Shown piece by piece: positions 46,766 to 56,356 of a stretch of 64,000 nt of DNA. The notes under the pieces are model-generated. The model saw nothing but the letters and a program-made list of their open reading frames with translations, had not been told where the DNA came from and did no database searches. A program made the position numbers and the translations under genes. Numbering within the stretch: the stretch's first letter is position 1; every line of letters begins with the position of its first letter. Source of the stretch: Candidatus Levybacteria bacterium GW2011_GWA1_37_16 (GTDB lineage: Bacteria > Patescibacteriota > Microgenomatia > Levybacterales > UBA12049); NCBI GenBank assembly GCA_943357985.1, contig CALRGR010000004.1:1238-65237 (forward strand), written 5' to 3'.

Positions 46766-47323
46766 ATGATTTCTGTAACAGATTTGCGGGCAGGTGTGGT
46801 TTTTGAAGATCAAGGACAGCTTTTTCTGGTAATTTCCTACGAACATATAAAGATGGGGCGGGGAAGTGCCAATATAAAAGTTAAAATTAAAAATGTAAGA
46901 ACCGGAGGAACAGTTGACAAGAGTTTTATAAATGGAGCAAAAGTTAACGATGTAAGCGTTTTCAAAAGAGATGTGCAGTATCTATATAAAGACTCTGATA
47001 ACGCGTATTTCATGAATCCCACAACTTTTGAGCAAATGAGTATTCCTCTAAAAATAATGGGCAGCGATAGTTATTATCTTAAAGAGGGTGAGAATTTTAA
47101 CATTAGTTTTATGGGAGATGAAGCCTTGTCTATTAATTTACCGCCTAAAATGGATTTTAAAGTGGTGGATACAGCTGCCGGAGTTAAGGGAAATTCTGCA
47201 ACCAATGTTTTCAAAGACGCGGTTTTGGAAAATGGCTTAACGGCAAAGGTTCCTTTATTTATTAACGTAGGAAATAAGATCCGTGTTGATACAAGAACAG
47301 GTGCATACAGTGAAAGAGTATAG
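46766..47323 (+). CDS. efp: elongation factor P
   Basis: EF-P three-domain sequence (KMGRGSANIKVKIKN, KDAVLENG). Confidence 0.9.
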   Translation: MISVTDLRAGVVFEDQGQLFLVISYEHIKMGRGSANIKVKIKNVRTGGTVDKSFINGAKVNDVSVFKRDVQYLYKDSDNAYFMNPTTFEQMSIPLKIMGSDSYYLKEGENFNISFMGDEALSINLPPKMDFKVVDTAAGVKGNSATNVFKDAVLENGLTAKVPLFINVGNKIRVDTRTGAYSERV

Positions 47324-47326
47324 CTT

Positions 47327-48613
47327 ATGAATAGTATCAAAAATGCGGTACACGGAAATGATATTGTAAAAGTTCTCAAAATCCGTTCTTTCCTCTTTTT
47401 AATGATTTCTGAATTTTTTACCCAGCTTGCATTTAACATGCAGCATTTTGTGCTTATTTTTATAATTTATGAATTAACCCAGTCAAATACAGCGGTTTCT
47501 GGAGTGATTCTATCTTTTACAATTCCTGCGATACTTTTTAGTTTGATTTCCGGTGTGTATGTGGATAGGTGGAATAAGAAAAAGGTAATGTTTATCACTA
47601 ATTTTATTAGGGGGCTTTTTATTCTTCCTTTTTTAATTCTTAATCTTCATTTGGGACTTATTTATGTTTTTACATTTTTTATTGCGGTTACAACTCAATT
47701 TTTCCTTCCGGCAGAAGCTGCAATTATTCCATTACTTGTTCCCAGGAAGCTTCTTACTGCGGCAAATGCTGTTTTTAGTTTGGGAATTTATATGACCTTA
47801 CTTTTAGGTTATATTTTATCCGGACCGGTACTTCTTCTTTTTGGACAAGTCAATACAGTTCTAATTTTAGCAGCCTTCTTTTTTGTAAGCGCCTTTTTTA
47901 CAAGTCTCATAAAACTAAATGTAAGAGATAAAACTGATGATTCGGATGCTGAGATTGCATCATCTGTTTCCTATGAGGTCAGGGAGATATTTTCTTTTAT
48001 GAGGAAAGCAAAAAAAGTCATGCATGCTCTTGTTGTCTTGACAGTCTCGCAGGCAGTTATTTTTATGTTTGCGGTATTGGGGCCCGGATATATGAGTAAA
48101 ATCTTAGGAGTTGAGGTTGAGAGCCTTTCATGGATACTTCTGGCCCCTGCGGCTATAGGAATGGGACTAGGAGGATTGCTTTTGGGCAGCTATGGGAGAA
48201 AGCTTAAACATAAATTTTTAAGTACTGTTGGATTTGCTCTTTCAGGAATTGTTTTTATTCTGCTTCCTCTTGGAGACAGAGTATCTTCCGCTGGTTTTGT
48301 TCACAGTCTAAACGTATATTTGCCCCATGTTGTTGATATAAATATTTTGCATATTGTCGTTTTACTGGCTTTTATTGTAGGTTTTGCAAATTCTTTAGTG
48401 TTTATACCTTCAAACGCTACTTTGCAAATTGAAACAAATGAGAAAATGCGGGGGAGAATTTATGGATTTCTAAATGCCCTTACTGGTGCAGTATCTTTTA
48501 TTCCTGTAATTATTGCAGGAGGAATTGCGGATATAATAGGCGTTGCTGGTGTTATGACCGGACTAGGAATCATACTTGTGTTTTTAAGTGTTATGTTTTA
48601 TTTTTTTGATTAA
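47327..48613 (+). CDS. MFS transporter
   Basis: 12 predicted TM helices, MFS-like loop motifs. Confidence 0.7.
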   Translation: MNSIKNAVHGNDIVKVLKIRSFLFLMISEFFTQLAFNMQHFVLIFIIYELTQSNTAVSGVILSFTIPAILFSLISGVYVDRWNKKKVMFITNFIRGLFILPFLILNLHLGLIYVFTFFIAVTTQFFLPAEAAIIPLLVPRKLLTAANAVFSLGIYMTLLLGYILSGPVLLLFGQVNTVLILAAFFFVSAFFTSLIKLNVRDKTDDSDAEIASSVSYEVREIFSFMRKAKKVMHALVVLTVSQAVIFMFAVLGPGYMSKILGVEVESLSWILLAPAAIGMGLGGLLLGSYGRKLKHKFLSTVGFALSGIVFILLPLGDRVSSAGFVHSLNVYLPHVVDINILHIVVLLAFIVGFANSLVFIPSNATLQIETNEKMRGRIYGFLNALTGAVSFIPVIIAGGIADIIGVAGVMTGLGIILVFLSVMFYFFD

Positions 48614-48618
48614 AACCA

Positions 48619-49314
48619 ATGAATTTTTTTATCTTAATTTTATTTCTTTGTTATTTTATATTTCTTTTTGCACTGCATTTTCTTTCCCGAGACGACTTTA
48701 TTCTCCTTAGAAAAGATGTGTCCTTAGACTCTCTTTTTAATATTGCTTTTGTCATGGTTCCTTTATCTCTTTTATTTTCAAGACTCTTATTTGTTATAAC
48801 TAATCCTTCAGGCAATTTTCTGAATCCTTTATATTTTCTGCTTTTTCCATATTTTCCGGGCTTGTCACTTGTAGGTGGCGTTTTGGGCACAAGTATATTT
48901 TTGTTTTTTGCTTTCAAGTTTAAAAAAATGCCTATTGAAAGACTCTTGGATTTATTTGCTCTTTCTTTTCTTTCATGTATGCCAATTGGAGTAATCGGAT
49001 ATTTTCTTTTATCAGGTGCAAATTTCAACTCTTTGCAAGTTTTATTTACAATTTTTTCCTATATATTTTTGTTTATATTCTTTTCATTTTTCTTGTTACC
49101 TAGATTTTTAAAGGGCAGGGTAGGAGAGGGGAGTATGAGTATAATATTTATCATTGCGTTTTCTATAATTTCTATCATGACAAAATTATTTGCAGGAAAA
49201 TTTTCTTTGGGAATAGAAAATATATTCCTGGTTTTAACTTTGGTAATTTCGGTGACTTTTTTTGTAAGTAAAGAAAAACTAATTTCTAAAATAAAATTCC
49301 TCAATAAAAAATAA
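48619..49314 (+). CDS. polytopic membrane protein, possibly prolipoprotein diacylglyceryl transferase (Lgt)-like
   Basis: FPYFPGLSLVGGVLG resembles the Lgt signature region; weak. Confidence 0.4.
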   Translation: MNFFILILFLCYFIFLFALHFLSRDDFILLRKDVSLDSLFNIAFVMVPLSLLFSRLLFVITNPSGNFLNPLYFLLFPYFPGLSLVGGVLGTSIFLFFAFKFKKMPIERLLDLFALSFLSCMPIGVIGYFLLSGANFNSLQVLFTIFSYIFLFIFFSFFLLPRFLKGRVGEGSMSIIFIIAFSIISIMTKLFAGKFSLGIENIFLVLTLVISVTFFVSKEKLISKIKFLNKK

Positions 49315-50087
49315 TGCTAAAAGTAGATGTTATCTTTGAAGATGCAAGCTTGATGGTTTTGGATAAGCCGGCCGGTATGACCGTAAACCGCTCTGATACT
49401 ACGGGAAGTGAGAAAACTCTGCAGGATTGGACAGAAGAGAGATTGGGAATTCGGGATTCTATAGCTCCCCCGTCTCGTCCGACGTCCGAATCAACGGAGC
49501 ACGATTATGAAGAAGCAAATAGGGAAGCGTTTTATAAAAGAGGGGGGATTGTACACAGGCTTGATAAAGAGACTTCGGGAATTATTCTTGTTGCAAAAAC
49601 TGAGGATGCATTCATAGAACTTCTAAGGCAATTTAGAGAAAGAGAAGTTGAAAAATCATATACTGCCCTAGTTCATGGAAAGATTGTTCCTGAGGAAGGG
49701 GAAATATCCGTGCCCGTTGGAAGACTTCCGTGGAATAGGAAAAGATTTGGAATTGTTGCGGGTGGAAGAGATGCAACAACAGAGTATAAGGTGTTAAGAT
49801 ATTATATGATGAAAAATGAACCCCTAACTCTTTTGCAACTTATGCCAAAGACCGGAAGAACACATCAGATAAGAGTTCATTTGAAATATTTAAACCGTCC
49901 TATTTTTGCAGACGAACTTTATGGTGGAAGAAAAACTGCAAGAGAAGACAGGAAGCTACTTCAAAGGCAATTTCTGCATGCATCAAGTATTAAATTTACT
50001 CATCCTGTGACAGGAAAACGTCTATTGTATGAAAGCCCAATATCGACCGAATTAAGCGAAGTTTTATCTAAATTTCAAGTCATTTGA
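49314..50087 (+). CDS. RluA-family pseudouridine synthase
   Basis: HRLDKETSGIILVAKT catalytic Asp motif; contains the in-frame GC-rich 17-mer at 49471-49487. Confidence 0.8.
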   Translation: MLKVDVIFEDASLMVLDKPAGMTVNRSDTTGSEKTLQDWTEERLGIRDSIAPPSRPTSESTEHDYEEANREAFYKRGGIVHRLDKETSGIILVAKTEDAFIELLRQFREREVEKSYTALVHGKIVPEEGEISVPVGRLPWNRKRFGIVAGGRDATTEYKVLRYYMMKNEPLTLLQLMPKTGRTHQIRVHLKYLNRPIFADELYGGRKTAREDRKLLQRQFLHASSIKFTHPVTGKRLLYESPISTELSEVLSKFQVI

Positions 50088-50088
50088 C

Positions 50089-50862
50089 ATGCCCAAAAAG
50101 ACAAAAGTTAAAAAAAATAATCTTAAAATAGGAATTATATTCTCAGCGATTATTGTTCTTCTGATATCCCTTTCTCTTGTTGGGAAATTTGCATCTTTAG
50201 TGAAGCAAAGCAAGTATGATGATAAGTACCCGTTTTATTTAGAAGTAGAAAGTAATCATGGCGCACAGTTTTTATCTTTTTTTCCAAAACAGCACAAGAT
50301 CTCCTTACTAAATGTTGGAAGTAAAACAAAATCCTCATCCGTTATTCCAAAGGAAGCTACAATTTCAGCAGATTCACTTAAAGTTGAGCCCAGTAATATT
50401 CCATCTTTCTTTATTTCTTTATTTGGAAATAAGAAAATCAAAACAACTTTGACAGCAATTGACATGACAAGGCTTTATTTGTTTTCAAAAACAGTGGATA
50501 TGGAAGATATAACAATTCGTAATATTGATTCTTTTCAAAATGCCACAGTAGATGAGATAGTTATGGCATTATTCCACGACCCAGTCATTGAATCCGAGGG
50601 ACTAAGAGTTCAGGTCGTTAATGCTACGGGAGATTATGGGGTAGGAAATAAAGCAGCAAGATTACTTACGGGTATGGGAGTTAATGTTATTTTTGTTTCA
50701 ACGGCTGATAGAAATGAAAAAGAATCTCTAATTTATTATGCGGGAGATAAGACTTACACGGTGGAAAGATTGGCAAGAGTACTGGGGTATAAAACAGCAA
50801 AACTCAAGCAGAAAACAATAGCCGATATTATGATTCGGGTAGGTAAGACAGTAGGTAATTAA
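50089..50862 (+). CDS. membrane-anchored LytR_C (LytR cell-envelope-related C-terminal) domain protein
   Basis: N-terminal TM, C-terminal RVQVVNATG...GVGNKAARLL motif. Confidence 0.6.
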   Translation: MPKKTKVKKNNLKIGIIFSAIIVLLISLSLVGKFASLVKQSKYDDKYPFYLEVESNHGAQFLSFFPKQHKISLLNVGSKTKSSSVIPKEATISADSLKVEPSNIPSFFISLFGNKKIKTTLTAIDMTRLYLFSKTVDMEDITIRNIDSFQNATVDEIVMALFHDPVIESEGLRVQVVNATGDYGVGNKAARLLTGMGVNVIFVSTADRNEKESLIYYAGDKTYTVERLARVLGYKTAKLKQKTIADIMIRVGKTVGN

Positions 50863-50863
50863 T

Positions 50864-51019
50864 ATGTTCATAGCAATACTTATTGCAATTTTGGCAGTTT
50901 CTTTTTTATTAAGCCTTGCATCTTTGAAAGGGGAAAAAGATAATAGGGGAATAATAAACGCAAAAAAAAAGCTTCAAAAGGATAAAATTTTGTATCAAGC
51001 TTCAGCTTCGTCTGAATAA
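50864..51019 (+). CDS. unlisted small ORF (51 aa): TM helix plus basic tail
   Basis: ATG 1 nt after the upstream stop; encodes MFIAILIAILAVSFLLSLASLKGEKDNRGIINAKKKLQKDKILYQASASSE. Confidence 0.3.
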   Translation: MFIAILIAILAVSFLLSLASLKGEKDNRGIINAKKKLQKDKILYQASASSE

Positions 51020-51759
51020 TCTGAGTCTTCATCATCTTCTTCATCATTTTTTTTGATAGATTTAGTTTTCTTGGGAGTTTTATCAAAGGTAAAAGCAGAG
51101 TCTGTGCCATAAGTAAATGATGGCTGGTCTTTATATTTTGAAACTCTTTTTGTTTCCTTGATAAATATTATTAGAGTTTTTCCGTTTGCAGACTTTGTGT
51201 AGGCTTCGTAGAGATTGCCTGCTTCTATAAATTTAATTAGTCTTTTTGCAATGTCATCAGAAAGCATTCCAACATATTGTTTTCCAAATAAAACAAATAT
51301 CTTAAGCCGTTTTATAGATAAACTTAGCAATTGGCCGGTTTTAAGCATATTGATAACTTCTACAGGAGCAATGTTTAAAAGTTCTACTATTTTTGTTTTT
51401 CCAGGTTCTTCAAGGAAGATATTTCTTAATTTATACCCATTGGTATTTGAGTCTGTGTTTGTAGCACTAGTAGGAATACGCTTAATGTTTCTTAAGGCAA
51501 TTGGGTTAAGTGGGTCAATTTTTAAAACCTTTTGATAATTTAACTTTGTTTCTTTTGACTTACCTAATATGCTAAATGCAAAAGCTAAACGATTTAATGC
51601 GTCTGTATCATTTGGATTTCCTTTAATCAGAGATTTATTTAGTTTTACTGCTTTTTCCCAGTCGCCGGTAAGTGCTGTATTTATTGCTTGATTTTGAAGT
51701 GATATCATTTGGGGAATAAGAATAACGGAGATTTTACTATTCTTGATTGAAAAAGTCAA
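50995..51759 (-). CDS. TPR-repeat protein with acidic C-terminal tail
   Basis: TPR-like helical repeats; DEEDDEDSDYSDEAEA tail. Confidence 0.6.
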   Translation of the reverse strand: MTFSIKNSKISVILIPQMISLQNQAINTALTGDWEKAVKLNKSLIKGNPNDTDALNRLAFAFSILGKSKETKLNYQKVLKIDPLNPIALRNIKRIPTSATNTDSNTNGYKLRNIFLEEPGKTKIVELLNIAPVEVINMLKTGQLLSLSIKRLKIFVLFGKQYVGMLSDDIAKRLIKFIEAGNLYEAYTKSANGKTLIIFIKETKRVSKYKDQPSFTYGTDSAFTFDKTPKKTKSIKKNDEEDDEDSDYSDEAEA

Positions 51760-51783
51760 GGATTGAGAGTAAAATTAACACTT

Positions 51784-52515
51784 ATGAGTGGACATTCTAA
51801 ATGGTCGTCAATCAAAAGAGAAAAAGGCGTTGCTGATGTAAAAAAAGGTCAAATTTTTACAAAGCTTGCAAAGGCTATAACCATTGCAGTTAAGCAAGGC
51901 GGAGGAATTGCCGACCCAACTCAAAATTTTAAATTAAGACTTGCTATGGATCGCGCCCAAGAAGCTAATATGCCAAAAGAAAATGTTGTTAGGGCAATTG
52001 ATAAAGCAAAAGGGCTAAGTGAAGGAGAAATGGAGGAGATCTTATATGAGGGGTTTGCTCCAATGGGTGTTTCTGTTATGGTTGAGGCCGTTACGGATAA
52101 TTCGCAAAGAACAACTGCGGAAGTTAAAAATATCTTTAATAAATTAGGAGGAAGTTTTGGTGTGCCGGGTTCCGTTGCATATCAGTTTTCTCAGATGGGA
52201 AGGGTTACGGTTAAAAAAGATGATAAGTCTTTGGAGGATGTATTTTTGCTTGCGGCAGACGCCGGAGCAGAGGATGTTGAGGAAGATGGAGATGAAATAG
52301 TTATCTTAACGCCTGCAGACAAGCTTGCCGCAGTGCGGGAAAGTCTTTCTCAAAATGGACTTAGTATCGTAGAAGCATCTCTCATACGGATTCCTATAAA
52401 TGGCATACAGTTAAATAAAGAAGCGGCTTATAAAGTTGATGCTTTTATAGCAAATTTAGAAAGCTTGGATGATGTGCAAAAAGTATACTCAAACTTAAGC
52501 TATGAGACAGATTAA
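51784..52515 (+). CDS. yebC: YebC/PmpR-family transcriptional regulator
   Basis: MSGHSKWSSIKREKG N-terminus is diagnostic. Confidence 0.85.
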   Translation: MSGHSKWSSIKREKGVADVKKGQIFTKLAKAITIAVKQGGGIADPTQNFKLRLAMDRAQEANMPKENVVRAIDKAKGLSEGEMEEILYEGFAPMGVSVMVEAVTDNSQRTTAEVKNIFNKLGGSFGVPGSVAYQFSQMGRVTVKKDDKSLEDVFLLAADAGAEDVEEDGDEIVILTPADKLAAVRESLSQNGLSIVEASLIRIPINGIQLNKEAAYKVDAFIANLESLDDVQKVYSNLSYETD

Positions 52516-53326
52516 TGGCTCTAGACTATTACGAATAAAATTGCCAAAACTTCCTCAAATAAATAAAAGACAAATATTTATTTTTGCTGTTTTTCTTTTA
52601 TCTTTAGGCCTTTTTATAACTCAATATCTATTCGGGAAGTCGGGGATTGTGGCTGTAATTTTACTCTCAATCCTTACAGATTTTTTTATGTATTGGGCAT
52701 TGCAAAAGGATTTTAAAGAAAAATTCACTCCTGAGGTTTTTATTTTACCATTTTTCTACTCGCTTGCATTCGGTTTATTTTATTTCCTAGTCCCGGCTCG
52801 TTTTTTGACCAGAATTGTAGTCACACTAGTATATGGATTTGGTCTCTATTCACTTTTTTTAAGCGAGAATATTTTTGTTGTATCCGCGATTAGGACCATA
52901 GCACTTTTGTCTTCGGCAAGAACAGTCTCTTTTGTTATAACCATACTTTCATACTTTTTCTTGGCAAATGTAATCTTTTCCATGCATTTGAATATATTTT
53001 TACTTCTTCCTCTTCTATTCTTCTTTACATTTCCTCTTATTCTTCATTCTGTATGGACATATGATTTGGAAATTAAGCTAAAAGAGGCTTTTTGGTGGGC
53101 CGGTTTATTATCCATATGTATTCTTGAAGTTGGATTTGTTCTTTGGTTTTGGCCTTCTAAGCCTACAGTTCTGGCGCTTTTTTTGACAGGTTTTTTCTAC
53201 TCTACAATCGGTCTCACTCAGGCGTGGTTTGATAAGAGGCTCTTCAAAAACGTAATTGTTGAATATATTTGGGTGGCGGCAGTAGTGTTTTTCGTTCTTG
53301 TATTATTTACCTCTTGGACTGGATAA
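52502..53326 (+). CDS. polytopic membrane hypothetical protein
   Basis: ~8 TM helices. Confidence 0.5.
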   Translation: MRQINGSRLLRIKLPKLPQINKRQIFIFAVFLLSLGLFITQYLFGKSGIVAVILLSILTDFFMYWALQKDFKEKFTPEVFILPFFYSLAFGLFYFLVPARFLTRIVVTLVYGFGLYSLFLSENIFVVSAIRTIALLSSARTVSFVITILSYFFLANVIFSMHLNIFLLLPLLFFFTFPLILHSVWTYDLEIKLKEAFWWAGLLSICILEVGFVLWFWPSKPTVLALFLTGFFYSTIGLTQAWFDKRLFKNVIVEYIWVAAVVFFVLVLFTSWTG

Positions 53327-53943
53327 TTTGTCAGGGATCCTCTGATGGGCGAGGGGAGCCCCTTCAGCAAGCTCAGGATAAAATTGCTTGCACTGAGGAG
53401 CAAAGAGACGAAGTGATATAGTTTGATACATATTACTTAAATTATTATAGGATGTTTTGTGACATAAAATGTGGATAACTTATTGGTTTTCACGGATATT
53501 TAGTATGAATTTTCACAGCTTCTAATAGCCTCGTACTTCCTCGAAGAGATAGCGTTAGCCATTATCTACAGAAATAAACACGAACGTTTGTTTTCGGAGA
53601 CAGCTGTTCTTGCTCTTTCTTTCATGCTCCTGCGCTAAGCTTCACACATACGAAGCTAAAAGTTGACGCTTAGCTTGATTTTACGACCTAAACGTAACCG
53701 CGTCCAGATATGTCCAGAGAAGAGAGTTAAGGATGCTGGATTAAACAAAAAATTTTGCTAGCAACAGTGAAGAGTACTATGTTTGTATATCAAAAGTTAT
53801 TCTGGTGCATTTCATGACTCCCTAAGGAGAAGAGCTATAAATAAGAGAGATTTTGAGCGGTAGGAAAGGTAGATTGGTAGTGTCGCACAATATAACTTTT
53901 GCGACGTCAGCCAGGCACATATCTCTGGAGAAGACCCTAGATT

Positions 53944-53971
53944 AATTCATAATTCATAATTCATAATTCAG
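53944..53971. repeat. tandem heptamer AATTCAT x4 within the long non-coding block
   Basis: Direct reading of the sequence. Confidence 0.6.
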
Positions 53972-54151
53972 AATTTTTAATATGCCCTAGCTCTTCTTCC
54001 ACTTAATTCTCCCTAGATTTAATGGCCTAAAATCTGATCCACTTCCCCACTATAGGACGTAGTATCTTTAATTTATTTTGCCGAGGATTTTGTAGATGAC
54101 AACTTATACCACTTTTATAATCTAGGGGTTAAAAAACGCATCCTGAAACCG

Positions 54152-54596
54152 TTAACTATTATCTAGGAGACTGGTGCAGATGCTTGTTACTGAGGGAGGG
54201 ATATTTTCTCTTTGAGTTATTTGTCTTAGTATCTCTGCATTAATCACTCGGTAATCATTGGTTTCATTATTTTGGTCAAGAATTCCGGTATCTTCTATGG
54301 ATATAGCGCCTTTTTGTTCAAGTTGAGTTAAGGCAAGTCTTGTTGCATTATATGCCTCAGGGTGTTTTTTAAGAAAGTCAGTTTTTTTAAAAATGGCTCC
54401 ATATCCTTCATAAGTCATAACGGATGCGATTAGGGTTTCCAAGCCATTTGAGAATAACTTCAGCAACTCTTGGTTCGTTAATTTCTTCAATGGGAATTTT
54501 TTCCGGATAAACTTTTACAAAAGTATCGACAAAGCCATTTTTTAGCTTTTTTAGGCCTTCAAAAATTCCGGAAGATTCCATAAGTAAAGAATACAA
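54152..54596 (-). pseudogene. two overlapping ORFs in different frames (62 aa + 112 aa), consistent with one ~145-aa gene disrupted by a frameshift
   Basis: The 54408..54596 and 54152..54490 ORFs overlap by ~80 nt in different frames; both are coherent protein-like sequences. Confidence 0.35.
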
Positions 54597-54672
54597 CTAT
54601 TAATTAGATTATTCTAGTTTGACAAAATCTTCCGAGTGTCGCATAATAAATTTAGTTGCGTCGCAAAATAAA

Positions 54673-55605
54673 ATGGATAATACTCTGCCCGGACTTATTG
54701 ACCAATTCCTGGAATACTTGGAAATAGAAAAAAATTGTTCCAAATTAACAATCCGCGACTACAGACACTACTTAGAAGTTTTTAACCACTGGTTTGAATC
54801 CTCAATGACCGGTAAAACTATTGCAGACTTGGATTTGCCTACTGTTAGAAAATATAGAGTTTACCTTGCTAATCATGAAGATGCCAAGGGAATGACGCGT
54901 AAAAGAGTTACGCAGAACTATTATGTTATTGCCCTTAGATCATTTTTGCGGTTTTTGGTAAAAAATGATTACAAGACTCTTGAACCCTCAAAAATAGATT
55001 TACCTAAGACGGAGAGTAGATCTCTGAAATTCTTAGAAAAAGAACAGGTTGACCGTTTGGTGACTTCTATTGATATATCAAAGGAAGATGGGCTTCGCGA
55101 CCGTGCGATTATAGATTTGCTTTTTTCTACTGGGCTTCGTGTTTCGGAACTTACAAAGCTTAATAAAGATGGGATAAATATGCAGAGGCGCGAATTTGGT
55201 GTAATTGGAAAAGGCGGACGCGCAAGAGTTGTTTTTCTTTCCGACCGTGCTATAAAGTCGGTTGAAATGTATATCAAAGCAAGAAAAGATGTTTTTAAGC
55301 CTCTTTTTATCCGCTATTCGGGTACGGTATCGCAGGAAAATAATGGTGAGAAAATGCGGCTAACTGCAAGAAGCATCGAAAGAATAGTTAAGAAATATGT
55401 AAGGCTTACCCGCCTGCCGGTTGACGCAACAGTCCATACTTTGCGCCATTCATTTGCAACAGATTTGTTAACAAATGGTGCCGACATTCGCTCAGTTCAG
55501 GAAATGCTTGGGCACAAAAATATAGCAACGACCCAGATTTATACCCACGTTACAAATAAGCAGCTCAGAGATATTCACAAAACCTTCCACAGTGGAAATA
55601 ATTAA
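54673..55605 (+). CDS. tyrosine site-specific recombinase (XerC/XerD-like)
   Basis: R..HxxR..Y catalytic signature (TLRHSFAT, LGHKNIATTQIYTHV); start taken at MDNTLPGL. Confidence 0.8.
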   Translation: MDNTLPGLIDQFLEYLEIEKNCSKLTIRDYRHYLEVFNHWFESSMTGKTIADLDLPTVRKYRVYLANHEDAKGMTRKRVTQNYYVIALRSFLRFLVKNDYKTLEPSKIDLPKTESRSLKFLEKEQVDRLVTSIDISKEDGLRDRAIIDLLFSTGLRVSELTKLNKDGINMQRREFGVIGKGGRARVVFLSDRAIKSVEMYIKARKDVFKPLFIRYSGTVSQENNGEKMRLTARSIERIVKKYVRLTRLPVDATVHTLRHSFATDLLTNGADIRSVQEMLGHKNIATTQIYTHVTNKQLRDIHKTFHSGNN

Positions 55606-55606
55606 G

Positions 55607-56356
55607 CTAGAGGGTTTCATAGGAAAGTGTTACTGTTATTTCTATAGAATTCTCTCCTGGAGTAATATTTGTCGCATCGCTGCCCACAGCCTCAGTTTTA
55701 AAATTCTGAACCATTTGAATGGATTGCCCAATTAAAGATTCCTGAACATCTATTATTCTGCCAAGTCTTATTCCAGCAGCGTTTGCCAGAGATCTTGCTT
55801 TCTCCTTTGCCTTTTCAACTGCTTCTTTTCTTGCTCTATCTTCAAGCTTTGCTCTAGTTTCATCGTCAAATATAAAAGTTACACCCGAAACTACGTTTGC
55901 GCCGGCTGCTGTGGCCGCGTCTATGGCTTTATTTGCGAGTTCTGTCTTCTGAGTTTTTACTTCTAAATTTTGGCTTGCAGTGTACCCCGTTATCTTCTGT
56001 CTTGGTGTGAAATCATAGTTTGGAGAAATAGAATAATTTACAGTTTTTATGTTTTTTGCTTCGATGCCAAGTTTTTTCAGCGAACCTATGACGCCACTGC
56101 TCTTGGTATTTAGTTTTACTTGTGCGTCTGATACTGTGGTTGATGTTTCTGTTACTCCTAGAGATATCTGGGCCGTATTTGGAGCGGTTGTTGTCTTTCC
56201 TGTTCCCGAAGCCGTAAATAAGCTGCTCTTTGTCGTCTGGACACTTGTTACAGAAAAAGGAATTGGCCCAGCGAGTTTTGTGTAAATGAATAATCCAATA
56301 AAAACTGATATAAGGATAAGCAGGGGCTTTTTTATTTCGTAGAGTTATTCTCTCAT
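55607..56356 (-). pseudogene. SIMPL/DUF541 (BP26/OMP28-like) periplasmic protein gene whose frame has an in-frame TAA at codon 4; absent from the ORF track
   Basis: Translated by hand: 245-codon stop-free frame with a KKPLLILISVFIGLFIYT signal anchor, ...KITGYTASQNLEV..., and a C-terminus ARSLANAAGIRLGRIIDV...ITPGENSIEITVTLSYETL that matches SIMPL. The only ATG (overlapping the pyrF stop, ATGA) is followed by AGA GAA TAA. Confidence 0.6.

Noticed and set aside
50880-51110. 76-aa minus-strand ORF
   Set aside because: It lies within the 3' end and downstream region of the TPR gene in another frame. It is K/L-rich and not protein-like, and conflicts with the better-supported small plus-strand ORF.
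53327-54151. RNase P RNA, tmRNA or SRP RNA hidden in the long non-coding block
   Set aside because: By eye, none of the conserved cores are present: the GGAAAGUCCGGGC/ACAGAA P4 sequences, the tmRNA 5' GGGG…UUCGA…CCA ends and resume codon context, or the SRP GGAAGCAGCCAAGGCAG motif. A dedicated cmscan is still advisable.
56049-56285. 78-aa plus-strand ORF
   Set aside because: It is exactly antisense to the well-supported SIMPL-domain reading frame and is a shadow ORF.
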